In this document: one piece after another, positions 56,514 to 64,000 of the stretch | Layout of the letters: the number at the start of each line of letters is the position of its first letter | How positions within the stretch are numbered: the stretch's first letter is position 1 | NCBI GenBank assembly: GCA_934149275.1 | Contig: CAKPEG010000008.1 | Coordinates: 210-64,209 of the forward strand | DNA from: an uncultured Clostridia bacterium | GTDB taxonomy: Bacteria > Bacillota > Clostridia > TANB77 > CAG-508 | DNA length: 64,000 nt | Direction of reading: 5' to 3' | Notes under the pieces: generated by a model | What the model saw: the letters and a program-made list of their open reading frames with translations, nothing else | Told to the model about the DNA's origin: nothing | Database searches by the model: none | Translations under genes and position numbers: made by a program

Positions 56514-56712
56514 GACTACAAAATCCTGCAAAGTGTTGAGCTACTGGGACTTTTATTGAGAAAATGCAATAAAATGATTAAGAACAATATTTAATAAGAT
56601 AAACATATATTGGAAATGAAATTTGAGCTAAAATGGTTAAATTTGACTGAAATTGGTTAAAATTAACTTGTTTATCAAATTGCTTTTTAATTTGAAAAAT
56701 CGTATTATTACT

Positions 56713-56746
56713 GTGTTAGCCTTAAAAGTGGTTAGCACTATTTTTT
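56713..56746 (+). terminator. Terminator of the fab/acc operon
   Basis: GTGTTAGCC/GGTTAGCAC stem (two G:U pairs) followed by TTTTTT. Confidence 0.6.
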
Positions 56747-56801
56747 ATGAGCAGGCGAATCGGCTGTAACTAGCTTGGATTGCTTGTTATAGGAGAATCA
56801 T

Positions 56802-57773
56802 ATGAAGAAAAAGAAAAAAGCAAAACCGCGAATACAGATGTCTCTTGAAGAGACTGTATTCAAAAAATATTTTAAAGAAATGGAGGAATTGAAAGAGAAA
56901 TCAAATATTAAATTTAATTTGTTTCAATCTTTGCCAGAAAAAGATTTTTTAAATGGCATTTTGAAATTAACTTATTTTTATGACCAGAATTTTATTGGTA
57001 ACAAAGATTTTATGCATGTACCGGATGTTTCACAGGTTTATCAAAATGTGACTAGGTATCCTGTTATACTTGCAACGCAGAGAAATGAGTTTGGTGAAAA
57101 TGATATTATTGGAGCGACAACAGTTAAAATTGAAAATAATTTAAAAAAGTCTGATAATCCGTTTTTCCCAACTTCAAATGAAAATGTGATGTTTATAACA
57201 GGTGTTCTTGCAAAGCAGAATATTTTTGATGTGTATGGAAATAAAGTAAAAGGAATTGGTAAGCAATTATATAGGTCTGCAATTAAAGGTGCTTATGAGT
57301 TGAATAAGGAAAGTAAAGTACGTTTAGCGTGTGAGATTGATTGTAGAAACAAAAATAGTTTTGATGCTTTGTGTAAGACGGTTAAATCGTTGCAGGAAGA
57401 TGGATTAAATGTAGGATTAAAGCTGGTAGGTTATTATGAAATTATGAATAAAAACATAGAATTAAAAGAGGCTCCAACTTTTATGTTTGAAATAGATTTT
57501 CAAAATAAAGGTGAAGAGAGTTCTGAAAAAGTTTTTTCTTATGTTGATTTGGATAAGGATAATTTGTTTAAAAAATTGTCTCATATTATAAAAAGAAATA
57601 CATATGAAAAACGTAGTTATTTGAATATGTATGAACATGATTTTGTTGTATACCATGAAATTAAACCAGTAAATGCACTTAATATGAGCATAGAGCCTGG
57701 AAGTACGGCAGTTGGTAATGAAAGAACACCAAGGTTTGAAAAAGTTCAGGTAGAATCTATGAATATATTGTAG
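56802..57773 (+). CDS. Hypothetical protein with a GNAT-like acyl-CoA-binding motif
   Basis: SD AGGAG 6 nt upstream. Central ITGVLAKQ...VKGIGKQLYRSAIKGAY resembles GNAT motif A (Q/R-x-x-G-x-G/A). The N- and C-terminal ~100 aa are unrecognised. Confidence 0.5.
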   Translation: MKKKKKAKPRIQMSLEETVFKKYFKEMEELKEKSNIKFNLFQSLPEKDFLNGILKLTYFYDQNFIGNKDFMHVPDVSQVYQNVTRYPVILATQRNEFGENDIIGATTVKIENNLKKSDNPFFPTSNENVMFITGVLAKQNIFDVYGNKVKGIGKQLYRSAIKGAYELNKESKVRLACEIDCRNKNSFDALCKTVKSLQEDGLNVGLKLVGYYEIMNKNIELKEAPTFMFEIDFQNKGEESSEKVFSYVDLDKDNLFKKLSHIIKRNTYEKRSYLNMYEHDFVVYHEIKPVNALNMSIEPGSTAVGNERTPRFEKVQVESMNIL

Positions 57774-57793
57774 TTGTAAGAAAGTGAGTTATT

Positions 57794-59560
57794 ATGAAAA
57801 TAGAAAAATATAATATTAGTCTCGAAAGAGAGTTTGTAAGAATTAATTCAAAAAATAAGTTGGTTGAAACAAGTTTTCCTAAGGCATTTGGCTGTAAGGA
57901 AAAAAATCCGTTAATTACGGCTGATGACGATGATGTTGTTTTTAAAATTAAAACGCCAATGGAAGAAAATTTATTTGATGCGTATGATAAATTTAATGAA
58001 ATAACAAATGTTGTTATTGAAGAGTTATATAAGATTAATCAATATATGTGGACGTTTGGAACTTTTAAGAAGAAGGATGAAAAGATAAAATTAAAGGTTC
58101 AAATGGGAATTATATTGGATGAAGAGTTTTATGATGAAATTAGAGAAAAGGATTTTTTACCAGATGATATTGAAGAGGCTAATGAGAAGATTAAGAAAGA
58201 GTTTGAGCGTAAGTTAGAACTTATTCAGCCGTTGTTTGGTAAGTGTAAGATTATTGCTGGAAAGAATAAGTTGAGGATTTCATCAATAGGTATTAATTAT
58301 CGTTCAAAGTGTGGTTTGTCAGAAGCTGATGCAATGTTTTTATTAACATTTATTTTTGGTTGCTTAGGAAATGATGAGTCAAAGAGCTTGAAAGAGGAGA
58401 TTAAGTATTTATATAAGGTAGAGAAAAAGTATAATTTGAAGACTAAATCAGGTCTTGAATCTATTGAAGCTGAGGTTAAAGCTGGATTGTGTAGATTTGA
58501 TGAGGATTCTTTAGCAGATGAGAAAGTTGAGGAACTTTTGAGTTTGTATACTAATGAAGGTCACAATGCTAGATATTGTCTTCAAAATTATAAGAAGCTA
58601 GTTAGTGAATCTGTAGTTTTAATTAAAGATGCTATTGCTAATGGTGTTGATTATGAAGTTTTGAATGAGTTAAAAAGCATTGTTCAATTCTATTATAAGG
58701 CCAGAGAGGAGTTTGTAATTGAGGGAAATAAGACTGATAAAGATACATATATTTTCCCAATTATTACTGATGATAAGTTTACTTCAAAGCAGATAATGAA
58801 AGAACATGGTCTGAATGTTCCGAATGCTATTTTGCTAAATAGAAATATGAATGCTCAGGATAGAGAAGAGTTATTGAAGGAATTTTATAATCGTTCTTTG
58901 GTTGTAAAGCCTAGAAATACGAACTATGGTACTGGTATTACTGTATTTGCTAAAAGTGCTTCTAAAGCTCAGATTATGAATGCTGTTGATTATGCGTTTA
59001 AGTTTGATGAAAATGTTTTGATTGAGCAGTATGTAAAGGGGATGGAGTATCGTTTCTTAGTTGTAAATGGAAAATGCTTGAGTGTTGCTCATAGAAGGGC
59101 TGCTAGTGTTGTTGGAAATGGAAAGAGTACAATTAAGGAATTGATTGATGCGAAAAATAAAGAGCCTTGGCATTTCTTGACTGGAACTCCTGTTAAGATG
59201 GATGAGCCGGTTGTTGAGTATTTGAGGGTTCAAGGCTATGATTATGAAACGGTTTTACCTGCTGGAAAGAGAGTTTTCTTGAGAACAAATTCAAATTGTT
59301 CTACTGGCGGTGAGAGCGTTGATATGACTGAGATTATGCCAACATATTTCAAAAAGGTCGCTGAGAAAGCGTCTCGTGCATTTGATGCAAAAATTTGCGG
59401 TGTTGATATAATTATTGAGGATTTGGACGAGGAAAATTATTCAATTATTGAGATTAATGATAATCCTGGCTATTCAATTAATGAATGGCCTTATGAGGGA
59501 AAAGGTGAAAAGATTGGTGTTGCGATACTAAAATTGTTGAATCTTTTGCCTAAAGAGTAA
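57794..59560 (+). CDS. GshA-like (degenerate, truncated) N-domain fused to an ATP-grasp ligase (GshF/cyanophycin-synthetase-type)
   Basis: The C-terminal ~320 aa are collinear with GshF-type ATP-grasp domains (VVKPRNTNYGTGITVF, GMEYRFLVVNG, NSNCSTGGESVDMT, EINDNPG). The N-terminus has the glutamate-cysteine ligase opening pattern (LEREFVRI ... NPLITADDDDVVFKIKTP ... YMWTFGTF), but acidic or conserved positions are replaced and it is about 190 aa shorter. Confidence 0.6.
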   Translation: MKIEKYNISLEREFVRINSKNKLVETSFPKAFGCKEKNPLITADDDDVVFKIKTPMEENLFDAYDKFNEITNVVIEELYKINQYMWTFGTFKKKDEKIKLKVQMGIILDEEFYDEIREKDFLPDDIEEANEKIKKEFERKLELIQPLFGKCKIIAGKNKLRISSIGINYRSKCGLSEADAMFLLTFIFGCLGNDESKSLKEEIKYLYKVEKKYNLKTKSGLESIEAEVKAGLCRFDEDSLADEKVEELLSLYTNEGHNARYCLQNYKKLVSESVVLIKDAIANGVDYEVLNELKSIVQFYYKAREEFVIEGNKTDKDTYIFPIITDDKFTSKQIMKEHGLNVPNAILLNRNMNAQDREELLKEFYNRSLVVKPRNTNYGTGITVFAKSASKAQIMNAVDYAFKFDENVLIEQYVKGMEYRFLVVNGKCLSVAHRRAASVVGNGKSTIKELIDAKNKEPWHFLTGTPVKMDEPVVEYLRVQGYDYETVLPAGKRVFLRTNSNCSTGGESVDMTEIMPTYFKKVAEKASRAFDAKICGVDIIIEDLDEENYSIIEINDNPGYSINEWPYEGKGEKIGVAILKLLNLLPKE

Positions 59561-59680
59561 TTATTATATGTTGATGTATGTTTTATGAAACTGAGATAGT
59601 AAAACTAATATGATAATTTAAATTTAGAATGTTAATAAATGATTATTTCTCAGCATAATTGGAGGTTTATCATAAAGTTA

Positions 59681-59717
59681 AAAAAAGACCAACCTTGACG
59701 AAACAAGGTTGGTTTTT
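59681..59717. terminator. Bidirectional terminator between convergent genes
   Basis: AAAAAAGACCAACCTTG-ACGAAA-CAAGGTTGGTTTTTT. Confidence 0.85.
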
Positions 59718-59776
59718 TGAGTTCCATTGAACTCATAGATGTGATGTGAGACATATTAAATGTGTTAATTGGTTCC

Positions 59777-60871
59777 TTACCAGATTGAGATTGTATTCAT
59801 ACGACGACTGTTAAAATCTTTGCCAAAATGAATACCATCCTGGTCATTGTGTATGTTTTTGTAACTATTAAAGAAGCGAATGTTTGCATCTTTAAGTTCG
59901 TCTTCACTTAATGTGAAGATTTTTTTATACTGTTTCACACGGTCTTTGTGAACATCATGTGATGCATTGATGTCGTTTTCAGCATGATTGTCCATCGCCC
60001 AGGTTCTAAACTGCAGTTCAATCTGTAATCCTGCGAGTTCAGGTGAAGTGTTGTCTAACGCCAAAATTACATGGATAGACTGGTATCCATTTTCCTTAGG
60101 ATTAAGATAGTACTTGATGTTGCCAGCAAGATATTTTACCAATTCGAAATCTTCCGGTGTAGGAAGTTCAATATCAGGATATTTTGCTGGATCAAATCTA
60201 GTTGGATCGTCTTTCCTGAAAAGTGGCATTGGTGAAAACGGTAAGTTGAACACATGATTAATGGTTGCTAGCTGAAGACTATTGAAATTTGCTTGGGCAA
60301 ATTTTAAGAAATCTTTTCGGTCTTCATGACTTGGACTGCATAAAACGTTGATAACTTTCGTTAACAAAAAACATAAATCATGAATTCCTTCGTAATTTAT
60401 AACGCGTATTCCGAATCTATCCATAAGCGGTGTAGGGTCATCTACGTCAGCTAAGCTGAGTATTTTTGCCAATTCGCTTTCAACAGATTTCCGTCTTGCT
60501 TTTACAACAACGTCTAACTCCATTTTGTACTGATGGTTAATCCAAATCACAATGTACAGAATAACATGTAAAATTGCTTCTACACATTCTGTAATTTTGA
60601 ACGTTGGAAGCCGTCCACCAATACATTTGGCAAGTTTGTCTTTAAATGCTCCAAGAATTTTTTTATCCTTGGAATTAGATGTTGTAACTGATGCAAGTTC
60701 TTTTTGTAAATGTTCTTCAACTTCTGTTCCATTGATGTTTTGCTTTCGTGCTGCCGATGCATATGAATTATGAATGTTCTGAGCCAGCTCAGAGGACATA
60801 TTCATTTTGGGTTCTTTTTTTTCATCTGCAACTTCAGTGTTTATAGTTTCAAAAAATTCATTATCTTTCAT
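59777..60871 (-). CDS. RelA/SpoT-domain protein (small alarmone synthetase-like, atypical architecture)
   Basis: All four synthetase motifs are present in order: RRKSVESELAK, DRFGIRVI, NGYQSIHVIL, ELQFRTWAMDNHAE..H. No HD hydrolase domain. SD AAAGGAGG. G+C is visibly higher than in neighbours. Confidence 0.7.
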   Translation of the reverse strand: MKDNEFFETINTEVADEKKEPKMNMSSELAQNIHNSYASAARKQNINGTEVEEHLQKELASVTTSNSKDKKILGAFKDKLAKCIGGRLPTFKITECVEAILHVILYIVIWINHQYKMELDVVVKARRKSVESELAKILSLADVDDPTPLMDRFGIRVINYEGIHDLCFLLTKVINVLCSPSHEDRKDFLKFAQANFNSLQLATINHVFNLPFSPMPLFRKDDPTRFDPAKYPDIELPTPEDFELVKYLAGNIKYYLNPKENGYQSIHVILALDNTSPELAGLQIELQFRTWAMDNHAENDINASHDVHKDRVKQYKKIFTLSEDELKDANIRFFNSYKNIHNDQDGIHFGKDFNSRRMNTISIW

Positions 60872-60941
60872 AGCAAGAGCCTCCTTTTGCTGTGGTTGTA
60901 TAGTTCATGTCTCACATATAAATAAAAAAGCATCTATAGTA

Positions 60942-60970
60942 ATTATATCTCAAAAATCGCAGAAAATCAA
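60942..60970 (-). promoter_or_regulatory. Sigma-A-type promoter of the SAS-like gene
   Basis: On the minus strand: TTGATT (60965-60970), 17-nt spacer, TATAAT (60942-60947). Confidence 0.55.
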
Positions 60971-61031
60971 GCAAGGGAGGAGATTCAAAGAATTTTAACG
61001 ATAAATGTAAAATTTTGTATATTGAATGTAT

Positions 61032-61060
61032 TTGACTCTTAAATTTTGAAATAGTATAAT
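61032..61060 (+). promoter_or_regulatory. Consensus promoter abutting the sortase start codon
   Basis: TTGACT (61032-61037), 17-nt spacer, TATAAT (61055-61060). ATGs lie at 61062 and 61068, so there is no room for an SD. Confidence 0.6.
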
Positions 61061-61067
61061 TATGGGC

Positions 61068-61832
61068 ATGAGTAGAAGAGAAAAAAGAGAAGAAAAAAAT
61101 AAGAAAAGAAAGTTAATAATCGTATTTTTAGTAGAGTGTATATTTGTTGTTGCTCTAATATATTCTGGAATAAAAATTTATTTTTGGTTTATGGATAACA
61201 AGAAAAATGGTGAGGTTATAAGTGAAGTTCAACATTATGTACAGGTTACACAGGACAATAATAATGAAAAAGATTATAGTGTTGATTTTACTGCGTTGAC
61301 TGAAAAAAATCCTGATACTGTTGCATATTTGATGGTTAATGGTACAGACATTAGCTTTCCTGTTGTGAAAACAGATAACAATGATTTTTATTTGAGACAT
61401 AATTTTTATAAGGAATATAATCGTGCTGGTTGGATATTTGCAAATTATATTAATAAGTTTGATGGTACAGATAGAAATATTTCTATTTTTGGACATAATA
61501 TGAGAAATAATTCTATGTTTGGAACGATGAATAATATGCTAACGGCTGATTGGCAGAATAATGAGGAGAATATGACAGTTGTTCTTGCAACTAAGGATAG
61601 TGTTGATTATTATCGAGTTTTTTCTGTATATAAGATTGAACCAGAAGAATATTATTTAAAAAGTTACTTTGAATCTGATGAAGAATATTTGAAATTTTTA
61701 AATACATTGAAGTCTCGAAGTGTAAAGAATTTTGGAACAGAGCTATCAGCACAAAGCAGGATTTTAACATTGTCAACATGTGCTAATGATAATAAAGAAA
61801 GAATTGTTTTACATGCAGTAAAAATGCCTTGA
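61068..61832 (+). CDS. srtB: Class B sortase
   Basis: N-terminal TM anchor. SrtB-type NPDTVAYLMVNGTDISFPVVKTDNNDFYLRHNF. Catalytic TLSTC. The start is either 61062 or 61068. Confidence 0.8.
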   Translation: MSRREKREEKNKKRKLIIVFLVECIFVVALIYSGIKIYFWFMDNKKNGEVISEVQHYVQVTQDNNNEKDYSVDFTALTEKNPDTVAYLMVNGTDISFPVVKTDNNDFYLRHNFYKEYNRAGWIFANYINKFDGTDRNISIFGHNMRNNSMFGTMNNMLTADWQNNEENMTVVLATKDSVDYYRVFSVYKIEPEEYYLKSYFESDEEYLKFLNTLKSRSVKNFGTELSAQSRILTLSTCANDNKERIVLHAVKMP

Positions 61833-61904
61833 AATTATATTAAGTTTATGATATAAAATGAAACAAATAAGGGGAGAAAAAATAAAATTTTAGGAGGTTT
61901 TAAA

Positions 61905-62444
61905 ATGGAATTAAAAGGTTCAAAAACAGAGAAAAATTTAATGGATGCTTTTGCTGGTGAATCACAAGCAAGAAATAAATACACATATTTTGCAAGTAAA
62001 GCTAAAAAAGAAGGATATGAGCAAATTGCTGCTATATTCCAAGAAACAGCTGATAATGAAAAAGAACATGCAAAAATGTGGTTCAAATTATTAAATGGTG
62101 GAGATATTCCTTCAACAGAAGAAAATTTATTAGCGGCAGCTGAAGGTGAGAATTTCGAATGGACTGATATGTATGAGAGAATGGCTGAAGAAGCTAAAGA
62201 AGAAGGATTTAATCATATAGCATTTTTATTTTCAGAAGTTGCAAAAATAGAAAAAGAACATGAAGAAAGATATAGAAAATTATTAGCAAATGTTAAAGAT
62301 GGAAAAGTTTTTGAGGCAGGAAAAGTTAAGATTTGGAAATGTAGAAATTGTGGACACATTGTAGTTGGAACAAAAGCTCCAGAAGTTTGTCCTGTATGTG
62401 CTCATCCAAAAGCTTTCTTTGAAATTAAAGCTGAAAATTATTAA
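61905..62444 (+). CDS. rbr: Rubrerythrin
   Basis: Ferritin-like di-iron E-x-x-H motifs ([16 protein letters not shown]) and a C-terminal rubredoxin CRNCG...CPVC. Confidence 0.9.
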   Translation: MELKGSKTEKNLMDAFAGESQARNKYTYFASKAKKEGYEQIAAIFQETADNEKEHAKMWFKLLNGGDIPSTEENLLAAAEGENFEWTDMYERMAEEAKEEGFNHIAFLFSEVAKIEKEHEERYRKLLANVKDGKVFEAGKVKIWKCRNCGHIVVGTKAPEVCPVCAHPKAFFEIKAENY

Positions 62445-62463
62445 TATGTAATATCTATATTGT

Positions 62464-62490
62464 GAGATGGACTTTTGTTCATCTCTTTTT
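62464..62490 (+). terminator. Intrinsic terminator
   Basis: GAGATG...CATCTC stem followed by TTTTT. Confidence 0.7.
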
Positions 62491-62636
62491 GTATAATAGG
62501 AAAGTTTTATGAAATCCCTATTATATAAAAATAACAATGCACAGAAATTTGCTTTGTAAATTTTGCGCACAAACAAAGATGCGGACTTAAAAAAGTTATA
62601 ATCAGTGAAAATGTTATTAATGTCCGTTATTGTTCT
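62489..62636 (+). repeat. R1 intergenic cassette (copy 2)
   Basis: Aligns with 35479-35645 along its whole length by eye. Has a 5' hairpin TATAATAGG/CCTATTATA and a 3' hairpin GCGGAC-N35-GTCCGT. It ends directly at the SD AAGGGGGAG of the PHP gene. Confidence 0.75.
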
Positions 62637-62657
62637 AAAAAAAGGGGGAGATTTATT

Positions 62658-63548
62658 ATGAAAAGAATTGATTTACATATCCACACAAATATATCGGATG
62701 GAGCTTTAAGCCCCAAAGAGGTAATTGATGAAGCTGTGAGAAATAATGTGTCAGTTATTGCTATATCTGATCATGATACGGTTGATGCTTATAATGAGGA
62801 TTTATTTTTGTATGCTAAGAGTAAGAATATACAGCTTATAAATGCAGTTGAAATATCAACTAAATGGGAAAAATGCGGAATTCATGTTTTGGGATATAAT
62901 TTTAATTTAAATGACAAATCTTTTCGAGAGAGTTTATATAAGTTAAGAAATATAAGACATATTTATTTACATGATGTTGCTGAAAAATTGAATGAGTTAG
63001 GTTATTATCTAAATGTTGAAGAATTAGATAAAATAGAGGCAGTTACAAAAGCTCATATAGCACTTGATGTAGTAAATTGTGAGAAAAATAAAAAGAAATT
63101 ATTGAATGATTTTGGACATATTCCTACTAAAGGTGAATTTATAGAAACAATTATGAATGAGGGCTGTCCTGCCTATGTTAAGAAAAATACATGTACGCCT
63201 AAAGAGGCTACTGAAATTATAAGAAAAGCTGGTGGAAAAGTGGTTTTGGCGCATCCAATTGCATATGCTAATGAGGAAGGTTTGACAGAAGATGATATAC
63301 AAAAAATTGTTGATGATATGAAACCTGATGGAATTGAGGCTTATTATTTCTATACGGATTGTAATAATCAAAGACATGACGAATCTGAGAAATGGTGTGA
63401 GTTTGCTAAAAGAAATGGCTTATTTGTTACTGTTAGTTCTGATTTTCACTTTAAAGATGGTATTCGCCCTGAAATTGGTTTGGTAAATACAGATTTAAAA
63501 TTAGATGATGATGTGATTGATGAGATTATTAGAAACATTGTTGAATGA
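62658..63548 (+). CDS. PHP-domain phosphoesterase (second paralog)
   Basis: IDLHIHTNISDGA, ISDHDT and SSDFH motifs. Same length class as 45228-46112. Confidence 0.75.
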   Translation: MKRIDLHIHTNISDGALSPKEVIDEAVRNNVSVIAISDHDTVDAYNEDLFLYAKSKNIQLINAVEISTKWEKCGIHVLGYNFNLNDKSFRESLYKLRNIRHIYLHDVAEKLNELGYYLNVEELDKIEAVTKAHIALDVVNCEKNKKKLLNDFGHIPTKGEFIETIMNEGCPAYVKKNTCTPKEATEIIRKAGGKVVLAHPIAYANEEGLTEDDIQKIVDDMKPDGIEAYYFYTDCNNQRHDESEKWCEFAKRNGLFVTVSSDFHFKDGIRPEIGLVNTDLKLDDDVIDEIIRNIVE

Positions 63549-63604
63549 TTTAAAGTAATGTAAGTACTCTTACTTAAAGTTTTGATAAAGTTGTAGGTAC
63601 TTTT

Positions 63605-63745
63605 TTATGTAATAGGGAACTTTTTTGAACTTTCTATAAATAACAATGCTTAGAAATATAACAAGCAAAATTCGTGTATGAATAAGAATGTTGACTTGAA
63701 AAAGTTATAATAAGTGCAAATGCTATAAATGTATGCTTTTGCGCT
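63605..63745 (+). repeat. R1 intergenic cassette (copy 3, more diverged)
   Basis: Shares TGTAATAGGGAAC..., TAACAATGCTTAGAAAT and the core TTGACTTGAAAAAGTTATAATAAGTGCAAATGCTATAAATG with the other copies. Confidence 0.65.
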
Positions 63746-63811
63746 ATTGATAAATATAGAAAAATCTGTTATTATACTTTTGAATATATAAATAAGAAAT
63801 AAGGGGAAGAT

Positions 63812-64000
63812 ATGACACAAACACAACAAACGGTATTAGCATTGGCAATATATACAATATGGATAACACTATTATATATAAGAATATTTGATAAAACACT
63901 AAAAAAATATGTATTATCAATAGGTGTGCTATTAGCATTTTGGATGGTAGTAAGAATGCTTAAAACATATACAACAGGGTATGCAACAGAAATATTGTGG
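63812..64000 (+). CDS. Polytopic membrane protein, N-terminal fragment (runs off the window)
   Basis: ATG 63812 follows AAGGGGAAG. An open frame of 63 codons runs to the window edge with two hydrophobic helices. There is a faint resemblance to 7TM sensor N-domains. Not in the supplied ORF track because it is incomplete. Confidence 0.4.
   Translation, partial: MTQTQQTVLALAIYTIWITLLYIRIFDKTLKKYVLSIGVLLAFWMVVRMLKTYTTGYATEILW

Noticed and set aside
59591-59658. Imperfect inverted repeat CTGAGATAGTAA...TTATTTCTCAG downstream of the ATP-grasp gene, considered as a possible additional LIR-type element.
   Set aside because: It is short and AT-rich with a poorly paired interior, and it shares no end or apex motifs with LIR-A, B or C.
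62489-62636. R1 considered as a known riboswitch or leader (c-di-GMP I/II, T-box, preQ1, purine, SAM, guanidine and others).
   Set aside because: None of the conserved cores I can recall for these classes is present. The downstream genes are functionally unrelated, and the 3' hairpin is not maintained in copies 3 and 4. The element is left unclassified rather than given a name.

Overview
Low-GC (roughly 30% G+C by eye) chromosomal segment of a spore-forming Firmicute, Clostridia-like (cotJABC, spoIIP and CotF-like genes present). It is almost all core genes and almost all on the + strand. In order: an uncharacterised lipoprotein/TPR-like/membrane trio; cotJCBA (minus strand); recJ-relA; MBL hydrolase-hisS; spoIIP; pgi; a ComEC-type MBL protein; an ABC-F ATPase; an Rrf2 regulator followed by sufCBDSU-mnmA; csoR-copZ-copA; tcdA-like; patatin; folC; CotF-like coat genes; an OmpR-type RR/HK plus MacB/FtsX-type ABC module; then a large lipid block (GT39-like, acyl-ACP thioesterase, HD, PHP, acyl-CoA synthetase, birA, fabD-fabG-fabF-accB-fabZ-accC-accD-accA-fabI); sortase B; rubrerythrin; and a second PHP gene. 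I saw no rRNA, tRNA, CRISPR array, transposase or prophage genes. Six things look non-routine. (1) A conserved intergenic cassette of about 150 nt (R1) occurs four times, always just after a terminator and upstream of a + strand gene. (2) There is a family of long imperfect palindromes, two of exactly 122 bp and one of 169 bp, with conserved ends and covarying stems, inside co-directional gene strings. (3) A two-gene operon pairs a GNAT-like protein with a truncated, apparently degenerate GshA-like domain fused to an ATP-grasp ligase. (4) A compositionally atypical, monocistronic RelA/SpoT-domain small alarmone synthetase-like gene carries an N-terminal extension and an internal insertion. (5) A zinc-ribbon membrane gene appears frameshifted. 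(6) A Cys-rich orphan protein is transcribed divergently from the Rrf2-suf locus. All family assignments are from motifs read by eye. No database search or computation was run.
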